Below are positions 46,050 to 55,881 of a stretch of DNA of 64,000 nucleotides, piece after piece. Both the position numbers and the translations under genes were made by a program. Location of the stretch: positions 850 through 64,849 of the IMG/VR virus record IMGVR_UViG_3300049734_000263; one strand, written 5' to 3'. Under the pieces are notes generated by a model. The model did not search any database, had not been told where the DNA came from, and was given only the letters and a program-made list of their open reading frames with translations. Positions within the stretch are counted from its first letter, which is position 1. Every line of letters starts with the position of its first letter. Source of the DNA: a virus (Duplodnaviria; Caudoviricetes).

Positions 46050-46772
46050 ATGAGCACACCTTGGCCTTGGATCGAAGCCGAAGTAGATCAGCGCCTCAAC
46101 AACCTCAAGACGGACTCGCCGTCGGACGCTGTCGCGTCTTATGAACTGGTCCCGAAGACGACCAGCGTAGTTGACGATTCCGCGTTCGCGTTGACATCTG
46201 TGCGCGTAGCCATCGTTGATACCGTGATGGAAATCATTGGTCTTATCTGTAAAACGGAAGGCGACCCGCGCAGGCTGCTGTACAAACTGACCGCAACCGT
46301 CGCGCACGGCGGGGATATGCCAACCTCAATGGGGCCATACGGGGCGATTTTCGACGCAGTAACCGGGCGCCCGCTCGAACCGCGTTCAGCGACTGAGATC
46401 GGAGAGATCCGCGCGAACGTGAATAACGCATTCGGCAGTCCGGCGCCGGACTTCTTCTATTACGCAATAGACGGTCAGAAGCTCTATCACACACTAGCGG
46501 GAAACGCATCGGTCGAGCGGTTCAACTTTGACCGACCAGCGACCACCTACGGCGCGTTGGCGACGCTCTTCAGCAGTATGGCCAACTTCGCCCCGATTGA
46601 TGACGAATTCGGCGTTGTCGCGGCGGACGGCGCCGCCGGCCGTGTGGCAGGCAAGGCTGGGAGCCTGATCAGCGAGGCCGCGAACTTTATGCAACTCTAT
46701 TATCAAGGGTTGAAAGACCGTGGACTAAACGTCCAGATGATCCCTGACTATTCCGCACGTCCTAACGCTTAA
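46050..46772 (+). CDS. adaptor-like virion protein
   Basis: P...YYAIDGQKLY motif; position. Confidence 0.5.
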   Translation: MSTPWPWIEAEVDQRLNNLKTDSPSDAVASYELVPKTTSVVDDSAFALTSVRVAIVDTVMEIIGLICKTEGDPRRLLYKLTATVAHGGDMPTSMGPYGAIFDAVTGRPLEPRSATEIGEIRANVNNAFGSPAPDFFYYAIDGQKLYHTLAGNASVERFNFDRPATTYGALATLFSSMANFAPIDDEFGVVAADGAAGRVAGKAGSLISEAANFMQLYYQGLKDRGLNVQMIPDYSARPNA

Positions 46773-47353
46773 TGCCACTCAACGTAGCCGAACTAGTTCT
46801 CAGAGCAACCCGAAAAGCCCGCGCCGGCTTCGCGCCGTCTGAATCGCGGATCTACGACGATAACGCCTATCTGCTCGTTCGTGATGCGATGAATGAACTG
46901 GCGGGACGCGCGGCTATGGATTCCGAGAAGCGCCCGCTTCTGATGCGATTATTTGAGCTCACTTTTGCCGACGGCGTGGTTGATATATCAGCCGCTTCGT
47001 TCGACGGGTTATTGAAAAGCCACCTGCGCTATGGGTTTCTGTACGATCCCGGTGACTCCACTCAGTCCGCTCCATACCAATTCATCGACAACCTGCAGGA
47101 CCTACGACGCTGGCAGCATCCAGCGTTCGGATATTGGGGGCTCAGCGAGCAGTCAGAGATTGTGACCCGGGCGCGCAATGTCACCGGCGAGTCAGCATTG
47201 ACCACGCTCAATGGCACGGGCGCCTTGCGCGGGATCTACATTCCCGATTTTTCTGGCGACAATCCACTCCCCACTGAGTTCGACGACTGGGCGGTTATGA
47301 TCCTGGCCAAGATGCTTGTGGCCGGTCGCACTCCCGCTCTTGTCCAGAAGTAA
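46772..47353 (+). CDS. adaptor-like virion protein
   Basis: LP.EFDD..V..LA C-terminus; TAATG coupling. Confidence 0.5.
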   Translation: MPLNVAELVLRATRKARAGFAPSESRIYDDNAYLLVRDAMNELAGRAAMDSEKRPLLMRLFELTFADGVVDISAASFDGLLKSHLRYGFLYDPGDSTQSAPYQFIDNLQDLRRWQHPAFGYWGLSEQSEIVTRARNVTGESALTTLNGTGALRGIYIPDFSGDNPLPTEFDDWAVMILAKMLVAGRTPALVQK

Positions 47354-49338
47354 TGTCGACGCAACCCGACCTCCGCGCTTTTATCTTTCCCGAAGGCCAC
47401 TACCCAGACCAGCCGTTATTTGCAGGCGGCATTCCTGGCACTGTCTATGCCGGCCTCAACGCGGTTTTCGAGGCGGGCGGCGTCGTGCGGACGTTCGGCG
47501 GAAAACTGGACATTAGCGAGACCTACAATTCAGGAAATCTGGCTTACACCGCAGATCTGACGGCGGGTAACGACATCATCACGGCATCAGGTGGGACATT
47601 GCTCGCCGACATCGTGGCCTACCAGATTATCCTGCTCGGTGGCGTGATATATGTGGTCGAGGAAGTTTTGAGCAACACGCAGGCCCGTGTGTCGCCGACT
47701 CCCGCCATGTCGCTCTCCAGCCAGGCGATCCGCCGCGTGCCAGCGCTCCAGGCCGTAGATCGCCAGCGCGCCGCGCTCTTCGCCGGCGGCGTGACAAAAT
47801 ACCGCGACGAAGCCTTTTTTACCGCGGGACTTGGTGAGGTCAAATTCAACGGAGCGGCGCTCTCCGCAACTCTCAATTCCTCGACAACGCCACAGGTCGC
47901 ATATCCCATTCCCGGCGGCACATATGATTCCAGGCCGGTAGGGTTCACAAAGCCGAGCGCGCCGACGCTCGCCGCCACGTCGGGCGGCACGAAGAACATG
48001 CCGCCGATGACCTACTCGATCAAGATCACAAAAAAGAGATTAGGTTTTCCCGGCTACGGACTCGCAAGCGAGGCGGTCGAGCAGGTGATCACCGCAGGTC
48101 AGCGCTTCCAGGCGACACTGCCCGCGTTCGATGCGACGCAAGGTCAAACGAGCTGGTTGATCTGGGCGACGAAAGCGTCAACAGGCGCGGCGCAGCGCGG
48201 CCCGTGGTTCTTGCTCGGAGAGTTTACGACTGTCACGCCATCCACGGTCAATATCGAATGGCGTGACGATGAACTAACTGACCGGCTTGTGGATAACAAT
48301 TTCCCGCCACCGAAGGCGCTTTTCGTCGCCAGCATGGACGACGCGCTGATCTTCGGTTCTTGTTACGGCGCTCCTGATGGTTCGGGCGCCGCGACTGCGC
48401 CCGGTCCCGGTTTCGCGGTTGCCAAGCCGAATAACCCCGAAGCCTTCGCGCCGGCGGCAGCCGCTTTTACATCCCCCGCTGAAAACGTGCGGGGGATGAT
48501 GACGAGCGGCGCGCGCCTTTTCGCGATGACCCAAAACCATCTCCACATTGGCACGCTCACTGGATCGGCGATCTCGCCCCTTGTTATTCGGCCGTTCTGG
48601 CAGACTGGTTTCTGGCATCAGTACAACGGCTGTATCGTCTCCGACACGTTCTATGGCTTCACGGGCAGTTTACTGACGCGCACGCGGGGCGACAACGAGG
48701 CCGATTCTGAGTTTTCCATGCGCGTCAAATCAGAACTTGAAACCTATGTCCCTCAGCGCGTGTTCGTCGGCCATGATGCGAGGAATGGCTGGGTCACAGT
48801 GTTTCACAGCAACCACAGGCAAGATGGTGGATTCTGGATTACGCGAGCAAGTTCATACAACTACAAGAGTGGCAAATGGAATTGCGAGGTCGAACTTTCT
48901 GCGGCGGGCGCCGATTTCACTGTTTGTGGCGTGGCGACTGTTGGCAGTGAGCTCTACATCGTGGCGCAGGATGGCAAGGCTTACCGATGGGATGCGGGCA
49001 GCGGGACGGTCACTGGTTTCATTGCGCCGATCTTTCAAGATAGTGGTTCGGCGCTCTGGCTCAAGACTGTGCGCCGCGTGCAAGTAACCGGACGATTCAA
49101 CGGTTCCATCAGCCTCTACAAAGATTACAACAAGGCGGCGTTGATCGCAGGCTCAGGCAGTCCGCCAACCTTCACCATCTCAAATGGATCTTTCAACCCG
49201 CAGCACGCCCCACTTTGGAAACCGAATTTTAAAGGCAAATCCATTGCGCTCCGAATCGCGTTCTCAATGCCGGTGAGAACGAACATCATCGATGCGATCG
49301 AATACAAAGGCGATGTGCGCGCTGATGCGAACTTCTGA
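47353..49338 (+). CDS. tail nozzle / DNA stabilization protein (podoviral)
   Basis: 661 aa beta-rich; follows adaptors, precedes ejection genes. Confidence 0.6.
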   Translation: MSTQPDLRAFIFPEGHYPDQPLFAGGIPGTVYAGLNAVFEAGGVVRTFGGKLDISETYNSGNLAYTADLTAGNDIITASGGTLLADIVAYQIILLGGVIYVVEEVLSNTQARVSPTPAMSLSSQAIRRVPALQAVDRQRAALFAGGVTKYRDEAFFTAGLGEVKFNGAALSATLNSSTTPQVAYPIPGGTYDSRPVGFTKPSAPTLAATSGGTKNMPPMTYSIKITKKRLGFPGYGLASEAVEQVITAGQRFQATLPAFDATQGQTSWLIWATKASTGAAQRGPWFLLGEFTTVTPSTVNIEWRDDELTDRLVDNNFPPPKALFVASMDDALIFGSCYGAPDGSGAATAPGPGFAVAKPNNPEAFAPAAAAFTSPAENVRGMMTSGARLFAMTQNHLHIGTLTGSAISPLVIRPFWQTGFWHQYNGCIVSDTFYGFTGSLLTRTRGDNEADSEFSMRVKSELETYVPQRVFVGHDARNGWVTVFHSNHRQDGGFWITRASSYNYKSGKWNCEVELSAAGADFTVCGVATVGSELYIVAQDGKAYRWDAGSGTVTGFIAPIFQDSGSALWLKTVRRVQVTGRFNGSISLYKDYNKAALIAGSGSPPTFTISNGSFNPQHAPLWKPNFKGKSIALRIAFSMPVRTNIIDAIEYKGDVRADANF

Positions 49339-49877
49339 TGTACAGCGTTGTTCTTGACGAGCAAGTCCTTTCTCTCCAGTACGCCGAGCCTGAAGTGACG
49401 CCTGAGGTACAAGCGGTAGCGCAAGCAGGCGGCGCCGCCATCACCGAGATAACGTCTGGGACGATCACGGTAAACAACCCTGGCGATGGGACGCGCGGTA
49501 TCGAATTGCCGCAGGTTCTGGGAACCGGAGCCAGTCCTACGTTCGCCAACATCACGACGCCTGGGTTAGCAGATGTTAGCCAATTAAAAGTTGGCGGAAA
49601 CGAGACGATCAAGGAAATTGACTTTGGCACGGTCGCCGCCAATCCCGGTTCGATCGCGGCGCAGACGCGTGGCTCTGTTGATGTGACGATCACGGGTGTT
49701 CGTGTCGGCGACATTGTACTGATGAATCCGCCTGACGGCCTTAATGCGGGATTGGTCTATGGTGGTTGCCGAGTGACCGCTGACGACACTGTGCGGATTT
49801 ACCTCGCTAACATCACCGCAGGCGCGATAGATGACGGCTCGTTTACTTACGATTGGATTTGGTTTGACATTACCTGA
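49338..49877 (+). CDS. tail-associated protein
   Basis: VTITGVRVGD.V...P....GL....RVTA.DTV.I C-terminal domain. Confidence 0.55.
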   Translation: MYSVVLDEQVLSLQYAEPEVTPEVQAVAQAGGAAITEITSGTITVNNPGDGTRGIELPQVLGTGASPTFANITTPGLADVSQLKVGGNETIKEIDFGTVAANPGSIAAQTRGSVDVTITGVRVGDIVLMNPPDGLNAGLVYGGCRVTADDTVRIYLANITAGAIDDGSFTYDWIWFDIT

Positions 49878-50359
49878 TGCTTCGTTTCCACCGCATTACA
49901 TACCCAACTGATTACATAGATTACGAGAGAGCTCACGGCTGGATGCGCGAGCAGTCTGAACTCTACCATCAGGATGTTGGCTATGACGATTTTGACGAAT
50001 TTACCAATCCGCCGCTCGACCGCATTGAATTCGCGCTCAGGCAGGACAATAAGCTGATAGGTTTTGCCTATTTAGTCCGTAAGGCGCTGAAAGTCTGCGA
50101 GTTTGGCTTGATTGCCCCGCCGCGCTCGCGCGTTCGTTCTCTCTTCACACTGCTCAAAGAATTGCAGCGCGCCTACTTCAACGATTTAGGGTTTCTCTCG
50201 CTTTATGCCGAATGCGCGGACGATCCCGGATACAACCGTCCCCGCCGGATGTGCAAGATGTTTGGATGGCAAGAGCGAAAACCGAACTATTTCGAGTACA
50301 ACGTATATGACCACTTGAGAGCCAGCAATGGGAAGCAAGAAAGCACAAGTCAGTCCTAA
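49877..50359 (+). CDS. GNAT-fold (RimJ/RimL-like) acyltransferase
   Basis: KLIGFAYL...EFGLI...LG..SLYAE...N...RMCKMFGW pattern. Confidence 0.6.
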   Translation: MLRFHRITYPTDYIDYERAHGWMREQSELYHQDVGYDDFDEFTNPPLDRIEFALRQDNKLIGFAYLVRKALKVCEFGLIAPPRSRVRSLFTLLKELQRAYFNDLGFLSLYAECADDPGYNRPRRMCKMFGWQERKPNYFEYNVYDHLRASNGKQESTSQS

Positions 50360-50774
50360 AGCGCCCTTTGAGCAGGTGCAAGAAACCGTTGATACGCCGG
50401 ACATTCAAGCCTTCCGAGACTTTGCGCCGGATACCTCAATGCTGAGTTCGACGCTTTCCAAGCGTTTCGGAGATCGGCGCCGCGAGGTTAGGGACTCTTA
50501 TGGCGCGTATTCCGGTATTCCTTCACAAGTCGCCCGAAACGCGTTGCGTGATCAGGCGTTGGCTGGGGTTGACGAGGCTGAAGGGCTCGCCCTCGCCGAA
50601 GGCGATCAGCGTGCGCAGGCGTTGAAGATGGCCAAGTTGGGAACGATTGCCGACCTGACGAAGAAGTCAAAATCTTCCGGTTTCAACACGCAGATTGTAC
50701 AGCCGCAGCCGAGCATCTGGAATTCGATCATCGGAGGCGCGGCGCAGGTCGGGGCCGCCGCTCCATTCATATGA
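50328..50774 (+). CDS. small ejection (internal virion) protein
   Basis: MGSKK start, helical, C-terminal SIIGGAAQVGAA. Confidence 0.6.
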   Translation: MGSKKAQVSPKAPFEQVQETVDTPDIQAFRDFAPDTSMLSSTLSKRFGDRRREVRDSYGAYSGIPSQVARNALRDQALAGVDEAEGLALAEGDQRAQALKMAKLGTIADLTKKSKSSGFNTQIVQPQPSIWNSIIGGAAQVGAAAPFI

Positions 50775-51268
50775 TCTGGTTTATTGTTCTCTTCATCCTG
50801 ATTGGAATCTCAACGGTTTGCACCCTGTGCTTTGTTCCGGCCGAGCATCTTCGCCAATACGCCCAATGCCCAAAGGATCGGGTGTATTGGCTGGCCGCGG
50901 CCTTGTGGCATTTGATATGGATAGCCGCCGCGATTCAGAACACTGTCGCCGCCTCCGGTTCGCAATCATTTATCCTGCGAATGGCCGGAGCCGCGATGGT
51001 GGTCTCCGGTTTTGCGCTTGTAATTTGGGCGCGCCGCCACAATCCGTTTTTTATTCCTACTGTCGTTGTTCCTGATTACGTCGTAAGGACTGGCCCATAT
51101 AGGTACATGGATCATCCTGGTTATTACGGGATGGCGCTCGGGGCTTGCGGCGAGTTTTTCTTGCTCGGGCAATCGTGGGCCTTCTTTCCAACCGTCGCTT
51201 ATCTCTGCTTGCTCATTCGCCGGATCAAGGTCGAAGAGCGGCTACTTTCCCTGAATTTCAAACAATGA
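50771..51268 (+). CDS. ICMT/PEMT family integral-membrane methyltransferase
   Basis: several TMs; VVRTGPYRYMDHPGYYG and RI.VEE..L. Confidence 0.85.
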   Translation: MIWFIVLFILIGISTVCTLCFVPAEHLRQYAQCPKDRVYWLAAALWHLIWIAAAIQNTVAASGSQSFILRMAGAAMVVSGFALVIWARRHNPFFIPTVVVPDYVVRTGPYRYMDHPGYYGMALGACGEFFLLGQSWAFFPTVAYLCLLIRRIKVEERLLSLNFKQ

Positions 51269-53568
51269 AAAAAATACTTCTTCTTCTCGTCGCCCTCATG
51301 GCTCTCACCGCGCGCGCCGTAGCCACTAACATCGACGTCGGCGCGTCTTCGATAACTGGGTTCAACTCGGCCAACGCCGGCTCCGACACTGCGCTGAGCG
51401 GTGTTTCTGTCACTCTCAATAGTCCGAACGTCACTTGCTCGAGCTGCTTGCCGCAAAGTGTTGTTGGCTTGTCCGGCGCCAAGGTTACGCTCGCGGGCGT
51501 CACTTACGAGATTCTGTCCGTCGCCTCCCGATCCGCGTTTGCGCTGACCTCGAATTACCTGGCCTCAACCGGCACGGTAACTGGTACGCTTCATAAGTTC
51601 GTCCACCTGCGAATCTATGTGACCTCGCCTTTCGTTCCGTTCGGTGAGAGTTTCGTTGTCCAGTCCGGTTCGATTGGCTCGACTGCGTGGTATCGGCGGT
51701 ATGCCGTCTCGGTAATTAACGACGGCGCCCAGAATGTGGCGTTTGTCCCCGCGATTAATGACCTTCCAGCGACGACTGACAGTAGCAATGCCACCGCAAC
51801 CTACGTTGCAGGGCTCTGGACCCAGGGCGGTGGGTTCATGCAGTCGTATCCCGGTTGCGTGGATGAATTCAGGCTGGATTCAACGACCACGCCGACTAGT
51901 TGGGCGCAAATCTGCCAATTCAATTTGCCGCCAACCACACCGCCCCCGAATCCGACGACTTTCCTTAGCGAACAGCAGATCAATGCTCGGTTCCCGTCAT
52001 GCTTGATGAATAATCTTGACTTCTTCGCCGCGACGGGGAACGTCAAGAGTTGTCTTACGCTGAGCGCCGATTTCTCAATTACGGGTGGCGTACTGTCGGT
52101 CGTTGGCGCTGTGTCAAGGATTCAAGAGGAGGGTTCAAATCTTCCATTGCGGCCTGCGTTGAATTTCGTTGGAGGCTCGGCAACTGCGGCGGACGATGCC
52201 GGGAATAATCGAATCAACGTCACATTCGATGGTGATCTAAACGCAATCGCGGTGTTAAGTGGTACGGGCGCGGCGGTGAAAACAGCGCCTGACACCTGGA
52301 CCTTGCAACCTGATTTTGTGGTTGGTCCCGCTTCGGCGACAGACAACGCGATTGCGAGATTTGATTTAACGACTGGTAAATTGATTCAGAACAGCGCCGT
52401 AACCGTGGCGGATACGTCCGGCAATTTTTCCGTTCCGAATGATTGGATTGTATCCAGCGCTGGAGGCTCATCTGTTCAACTCACCTCGGTCGCACAGGAG
52501 TTTGTCACTCCGACGAGAAGTACCACCGGAAGGAATTTCGGCTTTACCGCAGGGACGCAGACGCAATCCTCCGGCACGATCGTCGGCAAGAGGCTGCAGA
52601 CTACTTACAACCAAACCTCGACCGCTGCAAGCAGCGATTACGAGGTGGTTAGAGTGGAAACTGCGCTAGGTGCTGGCGAGCATAATTTTATCAAAGGCTT
52701 CGGCGGCGCGGCGGGATCTACATATCGCTTCCGAATCAACAACCTCGGGAATTATTTCTTCGGCGCGACAGGCGGATTTATAGGCGACGAGAATGGTAAC
52801 GAGTACCTGAAATTCAATACCGTTTCTTCGGCTGTCAACGAATTGCAGGTGTCAAACGCTGCGGCGGCCGGGCGCCCGAGCCTGACCGCAACGGGCTCCG
52901 ACACTGATATTGATTTCGACCTCTCGGCGAAGGGCGCTGGTTTTCTGAGGTTTCTCAGCAACGCCGCAATCGTCAAAGCCAATCCGAATTTCGATCTGAA
53001 CGATAGCGGCACTGTAGCGAGATACGCCGTGTCCAGCGGCAGTGTCTTTATAACCAGGGTCGGTCAATCTGATATTGCGCTAAACCTGTCTACGGGTGTA
53101 GCCACGTTCGGGCAGATCCCGGTTCTTCCCGCATCCAGCCCGACGACCGCGAATCAGGCGACGCGCAAGCAGTATGTGGATGATCGGCGGGTATCTTTTA
53201 CTGCGTCGTTCGCGATTGTGGATCCTGCTACCGCGAACCTAACTTTGAATGACTTTGGCTCGATCGTCATCCCCGCGGGCGGCACATACACGATCACCAA
53301 GTTTAAAGTACTTTTTCGTGAAGGGTCGCATACCTCGGGCGGCAGTCTTACCTTTCAGATAATACAGGTCGGAGTCGGCGCCGTATCAACTTCCGCTCTA
53401 AAGCTCGATAACACGAATAGCGCCGTCAACACTATTTATACAGATGATGTCGGCGATTTTACCGTTGCTGAAAATACCATTCTGTCTATGGGGATCTCCG
53501 CTCGAAGCGGCACGATTACGGAAAAAGACGTTGTGGTGGTCATAGAAGGCTTCAGGACGGTGTTCTAA
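51265..53568 (+). CDS. tail fibre/spike-like protein with N-terminal signal peptide
   Basis: MKKILLLLVALMALTARAVA; GPASATDNAIARFD.TTGKLIQNS and ATRKQYVD fibre-type motifs. Confidence 0.65.
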   Translation: MKKILLLLVALMALTARAVATNIDVGASSITGFNSANAGSDTALSGVSVTLNSPNVTCSSCLPQSVVGLSGAKVTLAGVTYEILSVASRSAFALTSNYLASTGTVTGTLHKFVHLRIYVTSPFVPFGESFVVQSGSIGSTAWYRRYAVSVINDGAQNVAFVPAINDLPATTDSSNATATYVAGLWTQGGGFMQSYPGCVDEFRLDSTTTPTSWAQICQFNLPPTTPPPNPTTFLSEQQINARFPSCLMNNLDFFAATGNVKSCLTLSADFSITGGVLSVVGAVSRIQEEGSNLPLRPALNFVGGSATAADDAGNNRINVTFDGDLNAIAVLSGTGAAVKTAPDTWTLQPDFVVGPASATDNAIARFDLTTGKLIQNSAVTVADTSGNFSVPNDWIVSSAGGSSVQLTSVAQEFVTPTRSTTGRNFGFTAGTQTQSSGTIVGKRLQTTYNQTSTAASSDYEVVRVETALGAGEHNFIKGFGGAAGSTYRFRINNLGNYFFGATGGFIGDENGNEYLKFNTVSSAVNELQVSNAAAAGRPSLTATGSDTDIDFDLSAKGAGFLRFLSNAAIVKANPNFDLNDSGTVARYAVSSGSVFITRVGQSDIALNLSTGVATFGQIPVLPASSPTTANQATRKQYVDDRRVSFTASFAIVDPATANLTLNDFGSIVIPAGGTYTITKFKVLFREGSHTSGGSLTFQIIQVGVGAVSTSALKLDNTNSAVNTIYTDDVGDFTVAENTILSMGISARSGTITEKDVVVVIEGFRTVF

Positions 53569-53577
53569 AAGGGGATC

Positions 53578-54147
53578 ATGTTCAAACGATACATCTCAAT
53601 AATCCTTCTCGTCGCGCTGCTCTTCACCTACGCGCTCGCGTCGGTTGTTACCGTCAACCCGACTTCCAATCAGTCGCCCGACGCTACGCTCGGTGGGTCA
53701 GCTGTAACAACGCCGACAAACACTGGACACGCATCGACCACCACTACAGCCTCAGGCGCAGGCGGCTCAGCGGAGAAATCCTGCCGGTGGTTCGCGTTTC
53801 AAGCGGTCGGCGGGACTATAACCGCGATCACGCTGAAGATAGACCACACCAGCAGTGGTACGCTTTCGGGTTCTGCTTCTAACTCTTTTATCCTGGACTA
53901 TAGTCTCAACGGTGGAAGTAACTGGACGAACGCTGTTACACGGTCCAATTTTACGTCGTCTCAGGGGCCAACGACGTTCTCTGTGGGACTGTCCGCCGGG
54001 CAGGATATTTCACAAGTCCAGGTGAGGGTGGACTACCTGTGCGACAGTACTGAGGCGGGCGACTCCGCTAGCATTACTGCGACTATTGCTAATATTAAAC
54101 TGGAAGTGACAGTGCAAGACCAGCCGCCAGTGATTGTCATAATGTAG
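53578..54147 (+). CDS. exported S/T/G-rich beta-sandwich protein
   Basis: signal peptide; DYSLNGGSNWT. Confidence 0.65.
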   Translation: MFKRYISIILLVALLFTYALASVVTVNPTSNQSPDATLGGSAVTTPTNTGHASTTTTASGAGGSAEKSCRWFAFQAVGGTITAITLKIDHTSSGTLSGSASNSFILDYSLNGGSNWTNAVTRSNFTSSQGPTTFSVGLSAGQDISQVQVRVDYLCDSTEAGDSASITATIANIKLEVTVQDQPPVIVIM

Positions 54148-54149
54148 TC

Positions 54150-54523
54150 ATGAAAATCCTTCTTGCCTTACTACTCTTACCCTTATTCGTTTCCGGCCAA
54201 GCGCTTCTTGATCCAGTCAGAGTGTCGGTCAAAGTGTCACAGAGAGATCAACACAACCGTGATCTCGACGCCGCCTTCCGCGCCGACTGAACAAGCTGCG
54301 GTACGTGGCCGTGAAGAATGCGCGCCCGCAGTATGATGTTTACGTCGTCACGGCTCCGATCGCCGAAGACATCGGCTGCAACGGCTTTTCCGCCGCGATG
54401 ATGGTAACTACGTCCCGCGGAAGTGAAATATCCCTTCACACAGGCAGAGGTCCCGAAATGCTGGCGCGCCACTTAGTCGAGAAACTCGAGCGGGAATATT
54501 TCACGAATCGCTGCAGGAATTGA
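54150..54523 (+). pseudogene. exported protein split by a 1-nt frameshift near 54287
   Basis: MKILLALLLLPLFVSG...AAFRAD* ; adding one base gives ...A(E)LNKLRYVAVKNARP... continuous with 54305-54523. Confidence 0.6.
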
Positions 54524-54526
54524 GTT

Positions 54527-55669
54527 ATGGCCTTCTTTCAACCTTTTGCGCTCGATCCGCGCCGCAGGCTTTTGGCCGAGGAAGCGCTTGGGGCAGGAGG
54601 CGCAATGACGCCTCCGCTCAACCCCGACGCGCCCGCGCCTGTCAGGCTGCCCGACCTTCCGGTTGGCCCTGCGCCCACACCCAGGCCACGCATCCTTGGA
54701 ATACCGGGGGGAATGCCCGGCGCTGAAGCGTCGCCATTGCCTGAAACCGCAACGCCGAGCGCGCTCCCACTGCCTGCGCGTGGCGCTCCGGGCGCTCTGT
54801 CCGCGCCGCCGTCCCCGCCTCCGTCATTCGAGCCGCCGAGTCGAAGCACGCGACTGGCGGCAGAGAAAGAAGGGTTTATGCGTGGCACGCCAGGACGCTT
54901 CAAATCCGCCATTCTGAGCGGGCTGCAAGGTTTTGCCGGGGGAATGGCTTCAGGTGGCGGCCTCGCCGCGGGCCTCGGCGGCCTTGCCGCGGGCGCAGGC
55001 TTTGGCGCGATCGACCCGCGTGGAGCGAGGGAGAGGGAGTTCGAACAGCGCGCCAAGCCGAAAATCCTCGAAGGATTTGCAATGGAGGACGCGGAGACGG
55101 CCGCGCGAATGGCCGCCGCGAAGACTGCGGCTGAGCGGGCGTTGCAGCAAGTGCAGATTACGAACATGCAGGATCAGATCCGATCAAGAAACGAGGCGGA
55201 CGCGTTGAACCGAGAGAAATTTGGTGCGGAGCAAAACAGACTGATCCCCGCGCCGCCGGGCACGACGTTTTTAGACCCGAAAACCAAACAGCCGGTGTTT
55301 ACCGCGACGGACCCGAGACAGGGAAACATGACGCCTGATCAAGCGGAGGCCGCGCTCACGACAGAAGAAGGCACGGTCGAGGAAATCTCTCAGGGCAGTT
55401 TGCAGGGACGGATGGAAAGCCTGAAACAGCGATTGACACCGGAGGAACAGAGATTGAACTTCGGCGGCGCAACATCCAATGACAGCTCGCAAGCCATCGC
55501 CCGCGCCCAAGCAAAGTGGCAGAAGATTCAGGATGACGAATTGTATGCGATCCGCCGCGACACCGGCGAGAGACGGAAGGCGAAGATCACTCAGAAGAGG
55601 TTTGGCAGGAAGGGAACTCCGGGGCGCACGGCGATCTCGGTACGTGAGGCTGCCGACTTGCTGAGGTAA
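54527..55669 (+). CDS. ejection (internal virion) protein
   Basis: Pro-rich N-terminus, Gly/Ala hydrophobic stretch, coiled coil. Confidence 0.6.
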   Translation: MAFFQPFALDPRRRLLAEEALGAGGAMTPPLNPDAPAPVRLPDLPVGPAPTPRPRILGIPGGMPGAEASPLPETATPSALPLPARGAPGALSAPPSPPPSFEPPSRSTRLAAEKEGFMRGTPGRFKSAILSGLQGFAGGMASGGGLAAGLGGLAAGAGFGAIDPRGAREREFEQRAKPKILEGFAMEDAETAARMAAAKTAAERALQQVQITNMQDQIRSRNEADALNREKFGAEQNRLIPAPPGTTFLDPKTKQPVFTATDPRQGNMTPDQAEAALTTEEGTVEEISQGSLQGRMESLKQRLTPEEQRLNFGGATSNDSSQAIARAQAKWQKIQDDELYAIRRDTGERRKAKITQKRFGRKGTPGRTAISVREAADLLR

Positions 55670-55855
55670 CTATCGGTTTCGTCCCGCCAAATACCAGCGA
55701 CCGACGAAAAACACGGCCAGTCCTATAAGGGCCATGGTCACCACATAACCATAGGTCGCGAGAAAGAAGAGCAGCCCACAGAAGACCACCGCGCCGACCA
55801 CCAGCAGAACGATCTGACTCCAGGTCAAATCCTTGATGTCCATATTCAAGTTCAT
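55670..55855 (-). CDS. small two-TM membrane moron
   Basis: opposite strand; TGtTAGAAT just upstream of ATG 55855. Confidence 0.6.
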   Translation of the reverse strand: MNLNMDIKDLTWSQIVLLVVGAVVFCGLLFFLATYGYVVTMALIGLAVFFVGRWYLAGRNR

Positions 55856-55881
55856 GGCGCGGATTCTAACATCGATCACTT

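Noticed and set aside
51265-54147. Diversity-generating retroelement or invertible fibre cassette
   Set aside because: No reverse transcriptase, no TR/VR repeat pair and no invertase or flanking inverted repeats seen.
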